Shown here piece by piece: positions 53,360 through 63,547 of a stretch of DNA of 64,000 bases. The notes below the pieces were generated by a model. The model was not told where the DNA came from. It saw only the letters and a list, made by a program, of their open reading frames with translations, and did not search any database. The stretch's first letter is position 1; each line of letters begins with the position of its first letter. The DNA comes from Octopus vulgaris (taxonomy: Eukaryota): contig OX597815.1 in NCBI GenBank assembly GCA_951406725.2, forward strand, positions 36,146,001 to 36,210,000. The letters are read 5' to 3'. A program made the position numbers and the translations under genes.

Positions 53360-53731
53360 CTAAAGTAAGAATTAGTAGAAGTTTATATAGTAATATAGTG
53401 ACCTGAAGATTTTAGTAGAAAACATTTGAAGTATTGAACAAAGAGTTTGCTAATATATTTATGTTTATAAATATATAAATACATCTATTTATGTTTATAA
53501 ATATATAAATATATTTATGTTTATAATATGTAAAGCATATAGGATCACATATCTAAACCTAAAGGATTCATGCAATCAACTTTATAATTAACTGTATTCA
53601 TTAGCAGATGGGGAACACATTTTCTTTTCAATCTGTTGGATGCATACATGACACCTGCAGATTCAGGTATGTAATCATATTTACCTTATAGGTGTGGCTG
53701 TGTGGTAAGAAGTTTGATTCCTAACCACTTG

Positions 53732-53965
53732 GAAGGAAGTGAGCTGGCAGAAGCATTAGCACGCCGGGCAAAATACTTAGCGGTATTTCGTCTGCCATTA
53801 TGTTATGAGTTCAAATTCCGCTGAGGTCAACTTTTCCTTTCGTCCTTTCGAGGTCGATAAATTAAGTACCAGTTACGCACTGGGGCCGATGTAATCGACT
53901 TAATCCCTTTGTCTGTCCTTGTTTGTCCCCTATGTGTATAGCCCCTTGTGGGTAATAAGGAAATA
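53732..53965 (+). mobile_element. Full-length SINE family B nested in a family A head, long TSD
   Basis: AAGTTTG(A/C)TTCCTAACCACTTGG duplicated on both sides. Confidence 0.85.
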
Positions 53966-54091
53966 AGTTTGCTTCCTAACCACTTGGTTTTGGTTCAGTC
54001 CCACTGCATGACATCTTTTACCATAGTCCCAGATGGATTAAACCCTTGTGAGTGGATTTGGCAGACTGAAAGAAGCCAATTGTGTATGTAT

Positions 54092-54250
54092 ATATTTTAT
54101 TAAAGTCGAAAAAAATCATCACAAACTGTTACTCAGAGTTACATGTTACTGTTCATTGGACAACTGTAATCAGACTGTCTGACAAACAGTAACGCAAAAC
54201 ACTGAGTAATAGTTTATGAAAATTTTTTTCATCTTTAATAAAAAGCATAT
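54092..54250. mobile_element. Inverted pair of degenerate hammerhead-bearing Penelope-like fragments
   Basis: Arms at about 54092-54163 and 54174-54250 are imperfect reverse complements. The + arm reads ACTGT-CTGACAA-ACAGTAACGC-AAAA-CAC T GAG-TA-ATAGT, a decayed CTGANGA/GAAA/UA layout. Confidence 0.5.
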
Positions 54251-55625
54251 TACTCTATTTTTGGTATTTGAGTACTATTTTTTGCAACCTTGTTTTGCAT
54301 TTTTGTTCTTACTTTTGTGTTTCTGTTGCTTTGTCTTGACATTGCATAATAGTTGTAAACGAGTACTACTGTCATGCAAGCAGAACCCTTCAGTTTCAAT
54401 CTTCTGTGAAAACATGTCTGGTCATGGGGGGAAAAATTACCTTGCTTGGAATCAGGTGATGGTTAACATTAGCAAAGGCAACTGGACATAGAAAATCCAC
54501 CTCAACAAATTCCATCCATCCCATACGAACATAGTCTCTGCTTTTTAATGATTCAGCCGGTCAAGGCAGCGAGAACATACACCCACTGTATATTGTAGCT
54601 CCTTTTAAATTATGATTGTGAGCCATTCCATTGTAATCAGTATGGAAGCAAGCAATTTGTATATGATGATAACCTGATTCAGGTGGAGCCTAAAATTAAT
54701 TTTTTTGTCAGTACAACTCAGCAATATGATTTGTTCGCTTTTTGTGAAGCAGGGGAAAAAAAAAAGGTTGTTTGAGAAATTAGATTTTAAAAAATGTTTC
54801 TATTGTTTTAGTTGAAAACTAAAGACAAAATTAATAAACATTCATGATCATCATTATCGTTTAACATGAGGTTTCCTTGTTGGCATAGGTTGGACAATTT
54901 GACAGGATCTAACGTCAGAGGGCTGGACTGAACTCTCTATATAGATATGTGAATGTGTGTACCATATCCACTTACAAGGTTTAAATGTGTGCGTGTAAGT
55001 CTGAATATTAGTTCTATATGTAAGAATAAATTTAACTCAAACAGAATTCCAACTCAGAAAGCTGTAAAACATTTAACCTGATGAACGTCTTCATTTACTA
55101 CACACTAAAAACTTTTTACAGAATTACCCCCCTTAGACACAGCACCATAAATTGAATATATTGTTGCAGAGCAGACCTACGATAAAAGCATTCACCCAGC
55201 CATCCTTTTCCTTATCTACGATTAAATTGCCTAATGACTCCCTCCTATTTTGAGATAGTAGGGTACAACGTGAGGAAATTTAGTAACCATTTTCAGAAGA
55301 TCAAGTAACTACATAAAGCTTTTCTACTGCTAACTTTTACACATTTTATTTCATGTATTTTTTCATCATGGGTTCTTTAACTTTTAAGATGTACTAAACA
55401 CAAAATGTGAGATTTTGTATGGAATCTCGAAAGATAATGATTGGGGTCAGTAAAGTTATAAGTACAGTAATGTCACTGTTGACAAGAAACACAATACAGT
55501 TATAACGTTGATTTTTGTGGAAATTTTGGTTTCAAAGCCTTTCTAGATTGCTGGTTTTTCCAAACCAGAGATGATCACCTTAAGTCATGACATTCTAAAT
55601 TGAAATATTAAATTTACTTAGAAGG

Positions 55626-55935
55626 GAGGTGCAATGGCCCAGTGGTTAGGGCAGTGGACTTGTAGTCGGAGGATCGCGGTTTCGATTCCCAGACCGGGCG
55701 TTGTGTGTGTTTATTGAGCAAAAACACCTAAAAGCTCCACGAGGCTCCGGCAGGGGCTGGTGGTGATCCCTGTTGTACTCTTTCGCCCCAACTTTCTCTC
55801 ACTCTTTCTTCCTGTTTCTTGAGTAATGCTGCGATGGACTGGCATCCTGTCCAACTGGGGGGAACGCATACACCATAGAAACTGAGAAACAGGCCCATGA
55901 ACCTGGCTAGGCTTGAATAAGGGCGCATAAATAAA
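55626..55935 (+). mobile_element. SINE family D, tail type 3
   Basis: Same head and core; tail CTGCGATGGACTGGCATCCTGTCCA. Confidence 0.8.
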
Positions 55936-56183
55936 AAAATAAAATTTATTTAGATAGTTAAATGAAGTATGGATACAATAGTATAAATTAGTGTGGATTA
56001 TAAGAGATTCTAGATCATCTGTGTCTGGAAAATTGGTGTTGTACCAGTATAGGTTTTTTTGTTTTTTTTTACACTTTTTCTTGTGTGATTACTCCAGCAA
56101 ATCTCTTAGAAATTTCCAGTAAAATTTGAAGACAAAAGTAAATGTCCACGTCTGGCTATGCCTTGTCACATCAAAAAAATTAG

Positions 56184-56297
56184 AGCAATCAATCGTCTTT
56201 GGTCTTGAAGAACTGAAAGTATTTGTTTGGCAAATTCCATATAAAATTTGCCAAACAAATACTTTCAGTTCTTTGAGACCCAAGACGATTGATTGTC
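56184..56297. mobile_element. 114-bp fully palindromic MITE
   Basis: Arms of about 50 bp are nearly perfect; TSD AAAATTAG (56176-83, 56298-305). Confidence 0.8.
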
Positions 56298-56591
56298 AAA
56301 ATTAGAACAACTAAATTATTTTGCCCACAGAGCATTATTGAAAGACAGTGATGATCTTACTTATCATCATCATCATCATCGTTTAGCGTCCGTTTTCCAT
56401 GCTACCATGGGTTGGTATAAATATTTTGGTATCAGTCGCTGATTGAAATACAATTATTGATGAAAACTAATTCTATTTGATATAATGATTAAGTAATTGA
56501 AGGATAACATTCGACAATATGGATACAATGTTACTTTTACACAATGAGTGACACATCAATATGAAAACCAAACAACGTAAAGAGGTCTTAC

Positions 56592-56723
56592 CTGATTTCA
56601 TACATTTACTGAACAGTTGTTCACATGTGTTTTGTTTACTGGGAGATTGTTTTGGAAATGGTTGTTCAGTTTTTATTTCTGCTGCTTTTGCATCTGTAAA
56701 CATATTCTCTTCACTTGGTTCAG
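56592..56723 (-). CDS. POLR3D: RPC4 exon
   Basis: attttAG|CT GAA CCA...TCA G|GTaaga; 132 nt, phase 1 to 1; open frame bridging the flanking exons. Confidence 0.78.
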
Positions 56724-57139
56724 CTAAAATAACACGAAAATCAAAATTAATATAAGACATCCGCCCTCACACACACATATATATTAATGAACAATAAGAG
56801 AACAGAAGTCACATAATCACCTTCACTATCTTAGAGATGTTTCTGCTATAAGAAACAACATACTCACATCTGAGTGCACTGCAACTTATAGCAGAAACAG
56901 CAGTAAGCCAGTAAATGTAATTACATGAATCTTGTTCTCTTGTCATTCATTAATTAATATTATGCTCTGTACTCACCCAATGCTTTATTCTAAAACATAT
57001 GTATACTGAGTTCTAACAGCTGGTAATTAGTATTGCTCTACCTATGTGAAATCATAATATATGCATCTATGTGTGTGTGTGTGTGTATACATAAATACAT
57101 ACACACATACATAGACAGACAGATAGATAGATATATGAC

Positions 57140-58692
57140 AGCAGCTTGTAGACAAAGCAATTAAAGATATGAAAACAAGTAAAGCCTTCAGCCCATCAGG
57201 AATCACTGCTGAGATGCTTAAAATATCTGGCAGATTGGGATATGACTTGATCACCCATATGGTTAATGTCAACTGCTACAAAGGCAAGAATGATGCCCTA
57301 GACAGAAATAATTACAATGGCATCAAATTGCTAGACCAGGTGACGAAAGTTGCAGAAAGAATTATAGCTCAATTAATTAGGAAGAGAGTTAACATAGATG
57401 AGACGCAGCTTGGATTTGTGCCAGGAAGAAGTACCACTGGTGCTATCTTCCTGGTGAGACAACTGCAGGAGAAATACTTAGACAAATTTGTTGACATGGA
57501 GAAAACCTTTGACAGGGTCTCCCATTCCCTTATCTGGTGGTAAATGCACAAGCTAGGGATAGATGAATGGTTAATGAGAGCTATGTACAGAGACGCTATC
57601 AGTAAGGTGAGAGTCACCAAGGAGTTTAGTGTACAAGTAGGAGTCCACCAGGGATTAGTTCTTAGCCCTCTCTTGTTTATCATGATCCTCCAGGCTATAA
57701 CTGAGGAATTTAAGACTGGCTGCCCATGAGAGCTCCCCTATGCCAAAGATCTTGTTCTTATCCCTGAATCACACCCAAAACAAGAGAAGAAATTTAGGTA
57801 TGGAAGCACGGACTAGAATCAAAGAATCTTAGAGTTAATTTAGCAAAGACCAAAGTACTGATAAGTAGAAAAAGAGATAAATCACAGATCCCTGCAGAGA
57901 GATGGCCCTGCTCAATATGTAGAAAAGGTATTGGGAGAATCGCCATGAGGTGAACCCAGTGCAAGATATGAACATATAAGAGGTACAGTAGTACCACTGG
58001 AAGACTAACAGAGAAAGTAGTCTTTACATGTGGCAGATGTATAGGTACATTAAACACCAGGAATGTACAAAAAAGTAGACTCCCTCAAATGTCAAGTGAA
58101 TCGTTAGAAGTAGTAGACAGCTTCTGTTACTTAGGTGACCAAGTTAGTAGTGGGGGAGCTTGTTCCAAAAGCACAGCCGCTAGAATAAGAATAGGCTGGG
58201 TGAAGTTCAGAAAGCTACAACTCTGTTAGTAATGAAGGGCCTTTCCCTCAGAGTGAAAGGCAGAATGTATGACGCTTGTGTACAAACAGCTATGCAACAT
58301 GGCAATGAGACATGGGTTGTGACTACAGATGTTGGGACTCACAGAGGAGATGACAGGGGGCCAAGATTCTTGAAAAGATATGTCAAGCTAAGTAAAAGCA
58401 TGGTTGTCCTTGCATACAGGCTTGTCCCCAGCATCTCTCTCCAGTTGAGCATTCTTAATCTTGCAGCTCATGGGTGCCACATAAAAAGCACATATACCAG
58501 AGCTACATAAACGCACCTGTGCTTTGTAAAAGCTCCAAGTATGCTCTGTAAAGTGGTTGGCATTAGGAAGGGTGTCCAGCCATAGAAACCATGCCAAAAC
58601 AGACATGGAACCTGGACAGCTCTTCAGCTGGCCAGCTTGTGACAATCACTCCAACCCATGCCAACATGGAAAACGGATGTTAAATGATGATA
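57140..58692 (+). mobile_element. RTE-clade LINE remnant (RT, PHD-like insert, 3' UTR, (ATG)n tail)
   Basis: KAFSPSGITAEMLK, YKGKNDALDRNNYNGIKLL, GFVPGRSTTGAIFLVRQLQEKY, FVDMEKTFDRV, GVHQGLVLSPLLF, EVVDSFCYLG; stops and frameshifts present. Confidence 0.9.
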
Positions 58693-58863
58693 TATGACCT
58701 TATTCTTCATTTTTTAAACTGATATCCATGTTTCCTTGGCGATCAATGGTAGCATTTGTAAAAAATCATGAAACATGAAGTGTAAACAGAGAATAGTCTT
58801 CACACTATAATAAATAGTTATAACTGATCCTTTCCAAGATAGTGACGTTTCCTCTTACATCTG

Positions 58864-58904
<41 letters not shown>

Positions 58905-60235
58905 AATTATTGTATACAGTGCTCAGATGCACAACTTGTCAAAAGTGCGTATAAAGCATATGCAGTAATGTACAAATGTCTGGAAAGTGAACAGTGTATG
59001 AGAACAGTATATAGCCGCTGCCATCATCATTTAACGTCTGTTTTCCATGCTGGCATGGGTTAGATGTTTTGACTGGCACTGCTAAGCTAGAGAGTTGCAC
59101 CAGGCTCCAGTCATCTGTTTTGGCAAGGTTTCTATGGCTGGATGCCCTTCCTAACACCAACCACTTTACAGTGTGTACTGGGTGCCTTTTACATGTCACT
59201 GGCATGGGCACCTTTTATGTGTCGAACTGCTGAATTATTCTGCTGCTATTAATAATGGAAGCAGAAATATTTATTTCATATATCATTACATTTTTGGTAT
59301 TGCCGGTCATCACTCCCTCTCCCGAATCAATTCCTATTGACATCCATCTCTCATTCCTACCACCGACTTCTTACCTGTTCCTATTTACGATTACACACCA
59401 TCATCCCTATTTACCACTGATTACCTTCACCTGCAATTTACTTTTGACCACTGTCACTTTTACTTCTAACCATCACTCACTCTCCTCTATGTATCCCCTT
59501 GCAATCTTCACTCACACTTGCTAATTATTCTATCACTACACTTTCTTCTATTCACCTTCTTGGACATATTACACTCTGGATCTTCATCACAATTATTTTT
59601 TTATTTCTTTCATGCACCATTCTGCTACCCACCCCCATCCATAAATAATATAGTAAGAAGAGATTCAAGGTTCCCTGAAGCTCTGCCTACTCAAACCACA
59701 TCACTGTCCTCCTTATTAGTCTCTGACTAAACCCCTGACACAACTATTTCTCTTTTACTCCTTTCCCTCACCTTGTCTTTGTTAGTCTCTTCCCTACCAC
59801 CCCTCTCATCATACTTAAATTTTTCGACAGCTTGCCTAAAATCACCACCCCATCTCCTATTCTCTCTCTCAGTCATGGGAGCTATTTAGCCTAGTAAATT
59901 ACAAGGCAACCTCATTAATGCTGGTGCAATGAAAAAATACCCAGTACACTCTGTGAAGTGGTTGGAAAATGGAGCAGAGACAAAACTAGGTTATGAGGTA
60001 TCTTTTGTCTTTCTGAGGGCAAGACAGTTTCTACAGTGGTGTGCCATGAAAAAATGCACCAGAATACTGTGAAATATTTGGTGCTATACAGGGTTGCCAC
60101 TTCTTACAATAGTAAGCAGTGCTGTTTACAGTAGCTATTTACTGCTAGATGGACACAGTACAGTGCTGATGACAAGTGGTAGAGCAACACAAAAGTGGGC
60201 TCTCTAGTTAAAGTGGTTCAAGTTGAAATACTTAC

Positions 60236-60350
60236 TTTTAATTGGTACGGTATCAATATTTTCTTTCTCATCCTTCATTTCAAGTTTGCAAGTGAAAGGG
60301 AGCTGCACAGGCTGCATACCATCATCATCTATCCCACATGGTTCTATAAA
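60236..60350 (-). CDS. POLR3D: RPC4 exon
   Basis: tttgtcAG|TTT ATA GAA...AAA A|GTaagt; 115 nt, phase 0 to 1; FIEPCGIDDDGMQPVQLPF contains the conserved PVQLP. Confidence 0.87.
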
Positions 60351-61515
60351 CTGACAAACATATAAATAAAACATTAGACAACTTAAGATGTCAAGAGAAC
60401 ATCTATATGGCTGCATTATCTGCTAGAAATTGCAGTCAAATCTCATACAACAATTTCAAAAAGAGAAACCACTGAATGACATAGTCATACGTACATTGTC
60501 TGAAAAAATGATATAGTCATGGCTGGAATGCCTCTGGTCAGGGCTGATCTGGCTAGTTAGCCAACTAGGTACATTGTTTAGAAATATACCTTCTGAATTC
60601 CAGCCCATTACAAGGGGTAGGTTTCAGATAGTATTTTTTTTAAACAATGGCTTTTGAGGGCTAATTCTCATCCTTTTAATGCAACACAAAGTTGATGGGC
60701 CATAAATCTTTCCAGGTTAATAATTTGATTGAGGTTTAAAAAGTTAAATCTTATGAATGAAGTTGTACAGAATCAAGATATATAGAAAATACCACATTAT
60801 ACACTCTGTCAACCCATGGAAAATGCACATTAAAATGATGGTGTCTCATACAATTCTGAAAAGAAAAAATGATGCTCTGTCATTCTATTTTAGCATATAT
60901 CTACCATATAAGTGAGAGTGTAAGAGTGTATGTATATGTGCATGTCATCAAAAGGCTCTGAAATGGTGTGTCCTAGAGAAAAACAGATTTGATTTTTGAA
61001 ATCAGCATCCCAAGGAGAAAGTACTTGGTTACAGATGAGCATGTCTGTTTGTGTACCTTTCTCTACCTGTCTACCTATGTCTTTCCATCTTTTATGCTTT
61101 TCTCAGTGTAAACTTCCCCCTTTCTATATATATTTACCTCTCTCTCTCTCTCTGTATATCACACACGTTTAGTGTGTGTATGTGCATGTGTATAAGGAAT
61201 TCCATTAGGGTGACCGAGTTAAAAGACCCTCACAGTGTCAGCAGCAAGCTCAGGAGACACCTGAATAGAGAATGAATAGACTCTTGATGATATGCGAACA
61301 CAAGCCTCCGTCATACGATCTCAGGAAACACCCAAGCATAGGATGCATAGATTAGATAATAACCACACGAGCCTCCATGATGTGGACTCAAGGGATGATG
61401 TTCCATTTCAATTCAAACAAATTCAATTTCCAGTGAGCCTTAGTTATGCCATGACCTTCAACAAATTGCAGGGGTAAACATTTTCAGTTGCTGATTTACG
61501 CCTTGAAGAGCCTTG

Positions 61516-61945
61516 GGATCTTTTCGGTTTGAACGGCAGTTTTTTCTAGCGGTGTCATATGAAATTGTCACCCATAATTATGACCCTAGAATCGATCTAT
61601 TGCATTTCAATCTCTTTTAGGGTTAGGGTTAGTTAGTGTTAGGGGTGGGGGGAAGGGTATCTTTTTTTCTTCACAAATGTAAATAAACCCAATCTGTTTC
61701 TTAAACGAGGGACATATTCATACGGCACAGAATGCTTTTTAACTCAATAGACGTCACTGATTGGTTGAAATTGCAGAAATTGAAGAAAAAAAAAACAACA
61801 AATATCTTACAAACTATAGAATTTTCTCAATAAAGCCAAGAGAAAAAGATGTTTTATAAACACATTCTACCAGTATACGAAGTTTAAAATTTTTTTAGTT
61901 ACCTAGAAATTATGTTAAAAACTGCCATTCAAACTGAAAAGATTC
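61516..61945. mobile_element. MITE with GG-starting TIRs and 8-bp TSD (Merlin- or hAT-like)
   Basis: TSD GAGCCTTG (61508-15, 61946-53); TIR GGATCTTTTCGGTTTGAACGGCAGTTTT; internal TTAGGG repeats. Confidence 0.88.
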
Positions 61946-62203
61946 GAGCCTTGCTTCACCTATGGTCAGCTTTACATTCAAGAGTCGGAAGTAAGAAAAA
62001 TCTTTATGTTTATGTACCAAATAGAAAAACAAAAATCTCCATTTATTGAGACAAAAATTGCCCCAAATGATGCAAAAATCTGTCCCAATCAAGAGGCCTA
62101 TCCATCAGGAAGACACAATCTGACCTGGAATAAAAAAATTGAAATAAAGGCATTCTACATTATTTACATCTGACGGATATTTGTGCTCGTCTTGTTTATT
62201 GTT

Positions 62204-62250
62204 AACACAACGTTTCGGCTGATATACTCTCCAGTCTTCATCAGGTGTCC
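62204..62250 (-). ncRNA. Minimal type-I hammerhead ribozyme motif (palindromic stem III)
   Basis: Reverse complement reads GGACAC-CTGATGA-A-GACTG..TCAGCC-GAAACGTT-GTGTT. Confidence 0.65.
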
Positions 62251-62416
62251 TGGGGGAATTTCGAACCTGGGTTCTCATTCCTAAGGCATATGGCATATTG
62301 GTTAAGAACGTAGGCTACTAATCCCAAGATTCCAAATTCGATTCCAGTCAGTGACCTGAATAATAACATCAGAAAAATACCTTAGGAATGAGAACCCAGG
62401 TTCGAAATTCCCCCCA

Positions 62417-62463
62417 GGACACCTGATGAAGGCTGGAGAGTACATCGGCTGAAACGTGGTGTT
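62417..62463 (+). ncRNA. Minimal type-I hammerhead ribozyme motif (cleavage triplet GUG, probably inactive)
   Basis: GGACAC-CTGATGA-A-GGCTG..TCGGCT-GAAA-CGTG-GTGTT; stem I GACAC/GTGTT. Confidence 0.65.
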
Positions 62464-62593
62464 AACAACAATCAAGATGAGGACAAATAATATACATAAT
62501 TCCTCATCTCTCAAATATAGAAAGGCATTTTATTGCGAAAATTGCCTGGCAATGATAAGCTACTCAAGCTAGTCAACAATAAAACTGACTTAC

Positions 62594-62742
62594 ATCATCC
62601 TTTAGGAGTTTGTCAAGTAATCTCTTTGTTTCTTCTTTATTTTCTCTTTTATTAATAGATGACTTATACATCTTGGAGCCACCTCCTCCTCCTCCACCAC
62701 CACCACCACCACCACCATCACCAGAGGAATAAGATGGAGCTC
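62594..62742 (-). CDS. POLR3D: RPC4 exon with poly-Gly tract
   Basis: ttcttgcAG|GA GCT CCA...GAT GAT|GTaagt; 149 nt, phase 1 to 0; encodes APSYSSGD(G13)SKMYKSSINKRENKEETKRLLDKLLKDD. Confidence 0.88.
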
Positions 62743-62940
62743 CTGCAAGAATAATAATAATGGAATGAGACAACAGTACTTTTTGGTGCTGGAGGCAATC
62801 CCCCATCCCACCCCTCACACACACATGTAGAAATATGCACATACAGATAGAAAGAGAGTGATTACAATTTATTAATTGAACATGATTGACATTAACACTT
62901 TACCCTCTCCTTATACAATAAAGAAAAAGATATTTACAAA

Positions 62941-62960
62941 GAGAGAGAGAGAGGGAGAGA

Positions 62961-63012
<52 letters not shown>
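62941..63012. repeat. (GA)n microsatellite
   Basis: Direct reading. Confidence 0.95.
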
Positions 63013-63016
<4 letters not shown>

Positions 63017-63371
63017 AAGAGATACATTAAAACATCTTTATACTTTATACGCACTTTCTGACAAGTTGTGGTGCACCTGAGCACTGTATACAATAATTTC
63101 ATTATTATTATTATTATTATTATCTCATGTCAAATAAGTCAATGTTGAATCAATTATGCCAAAACACTTGCACTAAAACGTCTCATACCCTAAATAATAA
63201 TGGGTTGATGGTATATGATGTATGTTTATTTCTAAACTGTAGGATGTAACATAAGACACCCAAGAATAGACAGATAAAAAATATACTGAACTGTTGCAAT
63301 ATCAAAATCAAACACATTCAATTTGAGCTGTAACAAAAGATAAAAAAACAAAACAAAAGAAAATAACTTAC

Positions 63372-63547
63372 TATGCCGAGAAAGAAACTCCCCAGAGGGA
63401 CCTTGTTCAAAAATTGAATGTGACTGTACAACATTGTCTCTCCCTCTGTTTCGACCTCTTCCGCGATCTCGTTCATGCCGTGAATGACGATCTAATTTGG
63501 GACTTTGTTGTTTGCTTTCTGATTTCAAATTTGTACTGCTGGCGCTT
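63372..63547 (-). CDS. POLR3D: RNA polymerase III subunit RPC4, internal exon (first in window)
   Basis: Encodes ..RDRGRGRNRGRDNVVQSHSIFEQGP.., the RPC4 N-terminal motif. Acceptor ttctgtAG (63548-9), donor GTaagt (63371). Upstream exons lie beyond the window; an alternative acceptor 3 nt away is possible. Confidence 0.88.

Larger units (their letters stand above)
62155..62520 (+). mobile_element. tRNA-headed, hammerhead-containing Penelope-type/SINE-like element with inverted partial copy
   Basis: 9-bp direct repeat AAAGGCATT at 62146-54 and 62521-29. Inverted arms at about 62178-62289 and 62378-62488 surround a tRNA-like segment (62291-62356). Each arm carries a hammerhead core. Confidence 0.75.
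60900..62572 (+). mobile_element. Deleted Helitron with Pif1-helicase C-terminal remnant, in a POLR3D intron
   Basis: Starts A|TC, ends ATTGCC-T-GGCAAT hairpin...CTAG|T. Encodes VPFQFKQIQFPVSLSYAMTFNKLQG*TFSVADLRLEEP[MITE]CFTYGQLY (Pif1 motifs V/VI). Confidence 0.8.

Noticed and set aside
61616-61652. Telomere or chromosome-fusion scar
   Set aside because: Only a few TTAGGG units, and they are internal to a MITE present twice with TSDs.
113-63528. Most short ORFs in the supplied six-frame track
   Set aside because: They overlap SINEs, microsatellites or decayed TEs and recur with the repeats. Only MFSD6L and the POLR3D exons have protein-family motifs with consistent splice phases.
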